DNA of 64,000 bases from the human T2T-CHM13v2.0 reference genome, Homo sapiens, in NCBI RefSeq assembly GCF_009914755.1, contig NC_060929.1. One strand, 5' to 3'. Positions within the stretch are counted from its first letter, which is position 1; every line of letters starts with the position of its first letter. The position numbers and the translations under genes are program-made. The notes under the pieces are model-generated. The model had not been told where the DNA came from. It saw only the letters and a program-made list of their open reading frames with translations, and ran no database searches. Below are positions 51,946-64,000 of the stretch, piece by piece.

Positions 51946-53566
51946 TAATTTTTTGTATTTTTAGTAGAGACGGGGTTTCATCGTGTTAGCCAGGATGGTC
52001 TCGATCTCCTGACCTCATGATCCGCCTGCCTCGGCCTCCCAAAGTGCTGGGATTACAGGCGTGAGCCATCGTGCCCGGCCTGAAATCAGGTATTAATTGG
52101 AAATAAATTACAACAGTATTTGTCAAGTCCAGAATCTATAACAGCACAATTTTGTTATGTGTTTGTTTTGTTTAGTATCTTTAGATACTAAAAAAATGTA
52201 CTTTAGGATATATCCCAAGTGGCAAAATTCAAATAGTTAGTAGTATGTCATCTGCTTAACTCTAGCAAATGATGAACACTATCAATACAGTAATTTGTTG
52301 TGTGTTATATTTAATGAAACTATTTTGATTAACTTTTTTGTATCATTTATCCTTCTTATACAAGTGCCTGTGGGAAGACATTTAATTTGATTTGATATAG
52401 GTACTTTGGAAAACCTTAATTTCTCTATTTTGCACAGATTTTGTTTCAGTAATCCTTTGGGGGACAAATTATGACATCTGGGAAATATGAACATTTTCTG
52501 ACTTTAAATAGTATTTAGTAATTTAATATTGGTACATCAGTTGTACCTGTTATGACTGGGAATACCGATACCCTTCATAAATACCTAACTTACCAGAAAT
52601 AATTTATTCACTGGCCATATAGTTCATAATACTGCGCTATAATATACAATGTCCCTTAGAATTTCCAATCTGCCAGCTGCAGCCATTATTAAAATTAGTT
52701 TTATCTCTAGCTGAAAAGAGGGCCAGATAATATCTACCATTCTACCTAATTCTGATCTTCTGCATTAGAATATATAGTCAATAAATAACAGTGGATGGGA
52801 TAGTGAGCAAAACCCGTAGCAGTAAATAAAAATGAATGTTACCAATGTAGAGTTGTTCTAGGCTACTCCTCATATTTTTAAGACTAACTTCGTAGTTTAG
52901 CTAGCACCAATTTCCAAAGAATATAGATTCTTATGTAGATTTTATCTTATATGGGGCTTCATATGAAGACAGTGAAGGCTGGGTGTGGTGGTTCATGCCT
53001 GTAATCCCAGCACTTTGGGAGGCTGAGGTGGGCATATCACAAGGTCAGGAGTTCAAGCCCAGCTGGCCAATATGGTGAAGTCACATTTCTACTAAAAATA
53101 CAAAAATTAGCCGGGTGTGGTGGTGCACACCTGTAGTCCCAGCTACTGGGAGGCTGAGGCAGGAGAATCACTTGAACCTGGGAGGCAGAGGTTGCAGTGA
53201 GCTGAGATCGCACCACTGCACTACTTCAGCCTGGGTGACAGAGCGAGACTCCGTCTCAGGAGAAAAAAAAAAAAAAAAAAAAAAAAAAGAAAATGAGCCA
53301 GAGAGAAATTAAATGGCTTTCTTTATGATAGTCACACCTTGTTAATTTGGGCTTCAGTTTCCTTTTGCAGTATCTTTGAAAAAAAGCTATGTTAAATAAA
53401 TGAAAAGTGTAATGAGACTGGGTCAAAACTCTTTGAGCTACCATTTCTTATTTTTCCTCTTTTTCTTCACTCCCCCAACAACCGTTTCTATATGAGACGT
53501 ATTTTTAATTTATGGATTAGTCAGCATACTGATAATAATACCTTAATGTGAATCTGAATCTCATAA

Positions 53567-53967
<401 letters not shown>

Positions 53968-54640
53968 TAGCCTTGACCTCCTGGGCTTAAGAGATCTTCC
54001 CACCTCAGCCTCCTGAGTAGCTGGGACCACAGGTATGTGCCACCACTCCCAGCTAATTTTTGTATTTTTAGTAGAGACGAGTTTTTGTCATGTTGCCCAG
54101 GCTGGTCTCAAACTCCGGGGCTCAAGCAATCTTCCTGCCTCGGCCTCCCAAAGTGCTGGGATTACAGGCATGAGCCACAGCGCCTGGCCAGAAATTTTAT
54201 TAGGTAACACTTTTTCCTCATTTGAATTATTATATGCATTTAAAAATAAATTGATTTATTTAAAAGTTATTGATTTAGACATTTTATAATTTAGACATAC
54301 ATTTATTTCATTTGAATAACTATTTTACGTATCCTATCCTCACTTTATCTAATTTGCTGTATAGGTCAGTTAATGGCAGAGATATATAACTAGGTCTTCT
54401 GACCTCCACCTTTGTTACTTTATTTGCTTGATACGTACTGAGACTTTGTCTCGTTTATCTTTAGAAAGTGCCCTTAGACATTTCACCTGCCCAAAGTAAA
54501 TGCTGAGGTTTTTTTTCAGTTTTGGAAGAGGATGATTAACTTTTGCCTTTCTTGTAAACACTTCTTCCTTTTTGCCATCCTCTGGTCAGGATTACCATTG
54601 TTTATATGTGTAAAATTTGAGGGTAATCATACAAAATTAA

Positions 54641-55103
<463 letters not shown>

Positions 55104-55309
55104 TGAAAATGTAATTAGGCTATTGCTATAGTTTCAGGCTGTCTGCTTCTATTGCAACTGAAATCTGCCACATATTAAAAGATGGCCACTTGAGAAAACT
55201 GCTCTTTCTAAGGCATTTGAAAATTTCCAGCAGGAGTCAGAATGTTAGAAAGTTTTGAGACCTCCTTGCTATAGTTTTCCATAACACATGTTTTCTAATT
55301 TTTTTTTAA

Positions 55310-55850
55310 ATGGCAGTTTGGTATAGTAGTGGAAAGAAAGTGGGTTTTAGAGTCAATAGAGGAACTTTTGAAAGTAGATGTGCTAGACATTGTATCAGGT
55401 GTATCATACTTCTCTGTTCTTTGAATTCCAACTTTGTCTCTTGCAAACCTCTGGTCTTAGACAAGTCACTTGATTTCTCTGATTTTCAGTTTATATGTAA
55501 AATGTTTCATCCCTCAACTCATAGAGTTAGACTAAATGAAATAATGAGTGAAAAGTGCTTTTTGAACTATACATTGTAATTAAACAGGACATACCTACAA
55601 CTTTAAATAGAAGATAATAAAAGCTAACATTTACTGAGAAGTTACCATGTGCCAAGCACTATAAAATGGTTTCTTGAAATAGGTTACTTTATTTCCCTCT
55701 AATTATCGTTTTATTTATTTTACAGAAGAGGAAAATTAGAGAGAGGTTAAGTAGCTTGCTCAAGATTATGTAGCTAGTAAATGGCAGAGTTAGGATTCAA
55801 ATCCAGGCAGGCAGTCTGATTCTAGAACCTATGCTGTTGGCCAAACACCT
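55310..55850. mobile_element. MIR pair (other MIRs at ~15530-15750, 28190-28330, 37200-37370, 40080-40220, 41560-41720, 46880-47200, 57555-57720)
   Basis: MIR core motifs such as GACAAGTCACTT...TCTCTG...CAGTTT and TTTTACAGA.GAGGAAA. Confidence 0.65.
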
Positions 55851-56234
55851 AGAATATTGGCTTTTCACATGAAAACACTTGTCCATTTTGCCATTTTTCT
55901 CCTCATTAATAATGAACGTTTTCTTGTACTTTTTCTTTTGTTCTTTTAATCAGCTAAATGTTTTAAAGATACTTTCATTTAAATCTTTTAGGATTTCTTT
56001 GGATAGAAATGTTGCAAGTGTTGACACAAACCAGCCATTGTATAGTTTCTATTTCTCCCGTAGTAATCTTTTAACATAGTGAGACTTTGGAAAAATACAA
56101 CTTTGTGTAGGGGAAAATAATCTCTAAATTCTTAGTAATGTTTCTATTTCTTATGGCAGCATTTTCTTTAGGCCTAGAAAGTAAAAACTTAAATAACAGT
56201 ATATGTTATTGTCATTTTGTGGTAAACCTGCTAA

Positions 56235-56387
<153 letters not shown>

Positions 56388-57034
56388 TGAGTTCCCCTCC
56401 CCACCCCTCACCCCAGGATTTGAAAAATAAAAAAGATTTGTGAGGAATGTGATATAATTGGTAGGTTGTCAAAAGAATGATTGTTCAGAGATGTATGATT
56501 TTCCTTAATTTTCACCTTTTTCTGAGAAACTAAATCACATTGGATAGATAGATACTAAAAGGCATCAGGAGTTTGGCTATAACCAGAGAATCCAGGAAAC
56601 CCACCTATTTATCTGTAAACTTGATTCAACCTGTTTTAAAACTGTTGCTTTTAAGTTTTTTTCCCTAGGAAATGAAATTTATAGATGAGGGGAGACTGAA
56701 GCAGCAAATATACATGTAATACATTTATCCTATAGGAGAAGGAGATGCCTTGAATGCCTAGTGTGGTTGTTACCAACCTGTGGTCTCTCTGTCATGTTTG
56801 CTGTCTTTTAATGTTATTGAAACTATTATAATCTCAGTTTTATGGTTAAAATGTTTGTTTCATTTTGACTGAAAGAGAATAGTGTCTCCTCTCAAACTTG
56901 TTTTCTTCTCTTTTATTTGGGTTCAATTCACTGTTTTTAGAAGTTACTCAAATTATGTAAGACTTTCATTGAAAAGGAAACATTGACTTTGTAAACTAAT
57001 TTATTTTCTTTTGTCTCTCACCCTTTAATTCTAG

Positions 57035-57136
<102 letters not shown>

Positions 57137-57777
57137 TAGGGAATGGGGAACTGGGGAATGCAGCTGTCTTGCAATTATTAGTAAGCTTAGCCTAAATCAT
57201 GAATTCCCTAAATTTTCTGTTGTAAATGCATACTTTATATAATACAGATTTAGGGTTCTCAGTTTATTAAATATGTGTATACTTTAGGAATGTTGTGTGC
57301 TTTAGGGTTTATTTCCTGAGGTGCTTTTATTTCCACCAAATATTTATCTGTTTTTTACTGCTTATGATGTGATGAATCTTATTTTTAATGATTTGGGGCT
57401 TGGTACGTATATGTGTGTATTTGTGTGTATGTATGTGTGTTTGTGTATATAATTTATTTCTTGGAGCAAGGCTGAACTTCAAGGTATATTTTTTTGAAGA
57501 TTTTTTTTTTCCTATAAAGGAGAGTTTTTATAACTAAGTAATTTTGTAACTAAATGGAAAGAGCCCTGGACTGGAACTCAAGAGACTTGGACTCTAGTCC
57601 TTTCTCTGATCTTTTTCTTGTGACCGTGGGCAAGACACTTAACCAGTCAGTTTCTATTTTTCTCACCTAAACTATGTGGAATTGGATTAGATGACCCCTA
57701 AAGATCCTTCCAACTCTAAATGTAGCTAATTCACTAGATACAAATGTGCTGATGGTAATTGTGGTGACTCTTTCTAG

Positions 57778-58131
<354 letters not shown>

Positions 58132-58405
58132 TAATATTCTTTTTTCAAAAAGTTGTATTGATTATTGTCCGTTACCATCTGGGGCTATCAGCATTGTTTT
58201 CTATATATTCAGTTAATTCTCACCAAAAGTCAGTTCATACCTTTCAGTTTAGTAGTAATAGGTAAATAGTTGAGATTGATAGATTCAGACTTCTAAAGGG
58301 TTCCTTTGTAATGCTTTGATTTTGCTATATTCAATTCAGAATGCATTTACAAGTGTTTGTTGTGTACCCAGCCTTGTACTACATTCTTTATCTTTTAAGG
58401 CGTGA

Positions 58406-58624
<219 letters not shown>

Positions 58625-59114
58625 TAGTAGAGATGGGATTTCACCATGTTGGCCAGGATGGTCTCAATCTCTTGACCTCATGATCTGCCCACCTCGGCCT
58701 GCCAAAGTGCTGGGATTACAGGCGAGAGCCACTATGCCTGGCCCAATTGTCATATTTTTACAAAAATGTGTTCTGGAGGAAGTTAATTCAAAATATCTAT
58801 GGAGAGTAAATTTGATAATTAACCTCTTCAAGGAAATTATTATATCAAGTGTGATTTTCTCTACTTGTCTGATGTTAATGGTTATTTGCATCCAAAGTTT
58901 AAGAATTTTTATTTTATTCTAGTTTTTAATTAGATTTTTGTTTTTTTAGAGGCAGGGTGTCACTCCATTGCCCAGGGCTGGAGTATAGTGGCATGATCAC
59001 AGCTCACTGCAGCTTTAACTTCCTGAGCTCAAGGGATTTTCGTCCTTCAGCTTCCCAAATAGCTGGAACTGCAGGTGTGTGCCACCACGTCCAGCAAATT
59101 TTTCACTTTTGTAG

Positions 59115-59207
<93 letters not shown>

Positions 59208-59246
59208 TAAGACTTTTCAGTAAGATTAAGCTATTGAGTTTCATGA

Positions 59247-59438
<192 letters not shown>

Positions 59439-59878
59439 TGACATGTTTGCCAGGCTGGTCTCAAACTCCTGGCCTCATGTGGTCTGCCCATCCCATCTTG
59501 GCCTCCCGAAGTACTGGGACCATGGACATGTGAACCACTGCATCTGGCCTTGGGAACTTTTTGACAAGTTTCTGACTCAAAGACATAATGTTCCTTCCCA
59601 AGGGTACTGCTTACAAGCACCGCTATCTCCTTTATAGCTTACACATGTCATTTAAAACTTAGTAGGATGGGCTGTGTTCTATGCATTTACACTTCTTGGT
59701 CTAAGGCAGGAAAGCTCCCTTCTCCTTTGTACTCTTATCATTTGATATTGTCTTTTTAAAATTGACTATGGAAGCATGTGATTAGCAGTCATAGTACAGA
59801 GATAATGAGAGATGAGAAACTTAATTCCATTTTACTTCAGGTTTAGCCGTATAAATGCTTTTCTTTTTCTTATTTAAG

Positions 59879-59948
59879 GTTCTCTTAGAAGCACAAGATA
59901 TGGCAGTGAGAGACCATAACGTGGAATTCAGGTCCAATTTATATATAG
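59879..59948 (+). CDS. MRPL22: MRPL22 exon 6 (70 nt); last exon beyond window end
   Basis: ttaag|GTTCTC...G|gtaaga; [23 protein letters not shown]. Confidence 0.96.
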
Positions 59949-62894
59949 GTAAGATTTTTAATATTCTTAGCATTAGAAAATGTCTTCAGTAGTAATGCCA
60001 TGTTTTTTATCTAACAACAGTCTTTAATATCTAACTCCTCAGGACTTGGTTTGTCAGTGAAAATTGCTAGTAATGGCTTATTCTTCAGCTGTATGCATGC
60101 CAATTTTAATTTAGTGTAAATGACAATAACTGTACTGTTTTACCTGTTCTGTAGTGAGACTGAGATCATAAAGCCAATTGCTAATAATTATTAAATAATA
60201 GATACCAAGACTGGGGTACATAGAGTGGTACTTTAATTGTAATATTATAACAAATAGTATTAACACATTTTTAAAGTTGTTTGTCAACCAGAAGGAGGTA
60301 AATAATCACAGGTGCATTTAAAAAATTTTTATTTATAATGTGCCAAGCCAGATGCCTAATCCATAAAGGTGTCCTGTAATTTAACCTTACAGTTATCAAA
60401 ATGGAAGGTCTGTTGAATTGTAAAAGCCAAGGGGCCTTGGAAGGCTCAGATGACCCAGATGTGTTTGTTCCACTTTGTTACTACATCCTGAAGCATTAGC
60501 TCTGCTTTTACATGCTTGTTCCACATCAAATTAAATTAATATAAGTTAAAATGCTTTGGGAAGCATGATGTGCTGTACAAATGTAAGGAATCTTTTTGCT
60601 GCAGACCGTCACACAGTTATTTTCTGAGAAGGAGATTAATGTTTATTACAAAGCTCTCTTGCCTCCTCCCAACACCATGGGAAAGTGGAGCAGTGGTTGG
60701 AGTTATTATTTTTTTCTCACTACAGCAATTACTCCTAACCTCAGCAGTTTTATATTCAAACAAAGATGTTGATGTTGAAGCAAAGTTTTCTCAATCTGCC
60801 ATACCAACATATAAAGATTATTTTACTTAAAGCTATTTTAAATTCAAGATATGGGGAACATCTACTCTCCAGATGGAGGAGAAAGGGCTGAATCAATACA
60901 GGGGGAATTAGTTGTATTTTATAATTTTTCAACAATTAGAGTAAAAAAAAAATTATCTAAATTCTACTTTTTCACATAGCCTCTGTGCTGATTAGGTTAA
61001 AATCTCAGTTCAACTCACCTGGCATTGATGTTGGCCACCACACCTCCTGAAATTCAAATTAGTTGATTTTCAGTTGAAATGCTTTATTTTAAAGCTGAAT
61101 CTTGTATAATTTTATTTTGATACATGCAAAGATGCAAAGGGAAATCAAAATGGCAACCCAAGATGCAGGGCCATGGTAGTTAATCATAAGCATTTTCTTC
61201 TGGGAGCATTATGAATAAATAATGTTGGAGAGGTCTTGGAACCATTGGAAGGGATGAGGAGCAAGACCATTTGCTTAAAACCTCTTGGTGATTCTTCCTG
61301 CTCTGTGACTCTGAATATCAAATCAAATTTAATTAATTTTATGCAGTTTCACAGGGATGTGAGATTCGTAGCTGATAGACTTTCTAATGGACTTCAGATA
61401 CAAATGAAATATGATTTGTCTTTAAGCCTTTTTCAATAACTGTCTTTAAATCCTTTTCAATAATTATAGTAAAGAGAGATAGGATAAAGAGCTTAATCCT
61501 GTTGCTCCAAATGAAGGAGCAGGGTCCACTGTTGCCATTAAGCAAAAACATGCTTAACCAATCCTACATAAATGACCCTTTATTTTATCTTTTTTTATTT
61601 TTGGAGATGAGGACTTGCTCTGTCACTCAGGCTGGAGTGCAGTGGTGTGATCACAGCTCACTGCAGCTTTGAACTCCTGGTCTCAAGTCATCTTCCTGCC
61701 CCAGCCTCCTGAGTAGCTGGGACTAGAGGCACGTACGAGCACACTTAGCTAATTTTAAAATTTTTTGTAGAGACAGAGGTCTCGCTTAGATGCCTATGCT
61801 GGTCTTGAACTCCTGGCTTCAAGCAGTCCTACTGCCTCAGCCTCCCAAAGTGTTAGGATTACGGGCATAAGCCACATTGTCTGACCCTTTAATCCAGAGT
61901 TCTTTTGCACATTTCTGCTGAAAAATCTCTGCCTTACCTGTACTGTCTTTTCATCTACTTCTGTGTTGATGACTTAAGTAAGGCTAATAAATTTGGATTT
62001 ACATTATGATTTTTAAAATTTTTCATTCACTAAGTATTTTGATGCCTAATTCCATAATCAAAAGAGATGAGTTCCCTCAGGAAGAGTATGATGTGTCAGA
62101 CATTTTATCCCTGTATTTGCCAAGCTGCTTCTTAAGAATCATCTTGAGGTTGTTATTTAAAATATAGATTCCCAGGCCTCGGCACAGACCCACTGGACTT
62201 GAAACCCCAGTGGAGAGGCCTAGGAAGCTGTTTATTTAATAAACAAGTTAATAATAATCAGTTGTTTAATAAACTATTGATTCTTAACCATAAAATATGG
62301 GAAACTGATTTATCTTACTGTGTTCTTGGAAAAGGCCTAGACATTTCATTCCATAGACTTCTGTTAGAGTTTTGAAAAACTAGTTACTTATTGGCTACTA
62401 TTTTGGTTCAGCAATGGTTCTTTCAGTACCCTGAAATAAGTATAGGCATTTTAAAGGAAGTGCTTTTTTGATAGCATATGTTCTCATTATATGGTAACTC
62501 TTTCAAATGCCTGTCATTGGTGTAAAGCTAATACCTGGTGTTGCATGACCACAGATTTAGAAAGTTCACTTCCCTTTCAGACTTATAGTGATGACTAATG
62601 ATACTGTGAATAGGCCTTAACAAGTGGACAGGGACTAATAAAATGTCTCTGCTTAGTGATTCATGGCATCTAAAGTGAATCACTTTAGGGAAAGTGATCA
62701 ACTGACCTTGTACATCAATCTTATTGGCTGAGAGTGATGAAGGTGGGAGCGGAGGGCTTCTAATGTTACAATTTCAAGATTTGTATTTACCTAAATACTA
62801 CTAATAGGAAATATTTGCTGTGTGTATATATATTTACTTACTTATTTATTTATTTTGAGACGGAGTCTCACTCTGCACCCAGGCTAGAGTGTAG

Positions 62895-63074
<180 letters not shown>

Positions 63075-64000
63075 TGATCCACCTGCCTCGGCCTCCCAAG
63101 ATTTTGGGATTACAGGCGTGAGCCACTGTGCCTGCCCTGAAAATATTGGCAATATTTTAAATTCATTACACCTATTGGGTATTATCTATAGAAAAACACA
63201 GGTTGTCTTCATTTTTGAGATATCTTAATGTATTCTTTCATTCAAAAAGTATTTGAGTACTTTCTGTGTGCATACTATCCACATTAAATAGGTGATGTTA
63301 TATCTTTTGTGTCATTTTAAAACATTTAACACTTGTAGTTCTTTGACAGTAGTATTTCTTTGGAAGAATGCATACATTGTTCTTCTGAAGTATAATAATA
63401 CTGTGTATACCATTAATATTATATGTACTTGAAAAACTTTGAAACTTATTTCAGAATTTGAGCAGATTTACCAGAGACCTCTGTATTGAAAAAATGATAT
63501 TAAGTAGCAGATGATGTATTTCAAAATTATTTCTGTTTCTATGGATCATGAACTTTTGGGGCAATACAAAAAGGGTATAAGTTTGGTTGAGGAGGTGACT
63601 TTTACAGATGAAACACAGATGCTTATAAAGACAGCATATGATTTGGGACCAAAAAGAGTAATACAGACAAATGGTATTGTTGGAGTAGAGAAGAAAAGGT
63701 CAATATGGGTTAGAATAGTCGTGGAGACTTTCTAGAAAAAATTGGCATGTGAAGATAGGCTTTTGGGAGTCTGGAGGAATGCTCTTCCAGGAGAAGAGCA
63801 GATTTTTAAAGTGGGGTGGCCATACATGCAGAGGCACATAGGTTGGAATAAGCAGTAATAGTGTAGTACAATGAGGAGAACAGTGTGAAGGAAGTAGAAG
63901 TTTGACCTCGAGTAGATAAAATGGGAAGGGTAGATTGGGCCTATATTCCAGAGAACTGAACATGGCAGGCTGTGTATTTGGTTCAAACTATATCAAAGAG

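Noticed and set aside
60000-61560. Long stretch of MRPL22 intron 6 with no recognisable repeats, a possible conserved element
   Set aside because: No ORF, splice-bounded exon or structure that I can support; conservation data would be needed
62588-62705. Possible C/D box snoRNA (GTGATGA...CTGA) with a small internal hairpin
   Set aside because: No terminal stem, no recognisable rRNA/snRNA guide, not at a typical distance from an acceptor; such motifs arise by chance

Overview
Human (or very close primate) genomic DNA, recognisable as the GEMIN5/MRPL22 head-to-head locus (chr5q33 by recall). The minus strand carries GEMIN5 coding exons 1-21 (ATG at 38031). I spliced them by hand: all are GT-AG, they give 3014 nt of continuous open frame, and the gene runs off the left edge. 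The plus strand carries MRPL22 exons 1-6 (ATG at 41009; 409 nt; the last exon lies beyond the right edge). The two start codons are 2978 bp apart, each in its own CpG-rich promoter, separated by Alus and an ERV1 solo LTR. Introns are dense in Alus and also contain L1, L2, MIR, hAT MITEs and solo LTRs (LTR10-like, THE1-like). Almost all ORF-track entries are Alu or chance ORFs. I see no evidence of a new biological system. The most unusual sequence-level observations are: a 36-bp intronic copy of GEMIN5 exon 16 sequence 709 bp away; an LTR6-like promoter pointing at GEMIN5; an AP-1 tandem-repeat LTR10 in intron 5; a stop-free in-frame MRPL22 intron 1 with tandem acceptors nearby; a composite Alu inside one TSD; and Gln at GEMIN5 codon 682. 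Repeat family names come from recalled consensus sequences, not from a search, and repeat boundaries are approximate unless TSDs are given.
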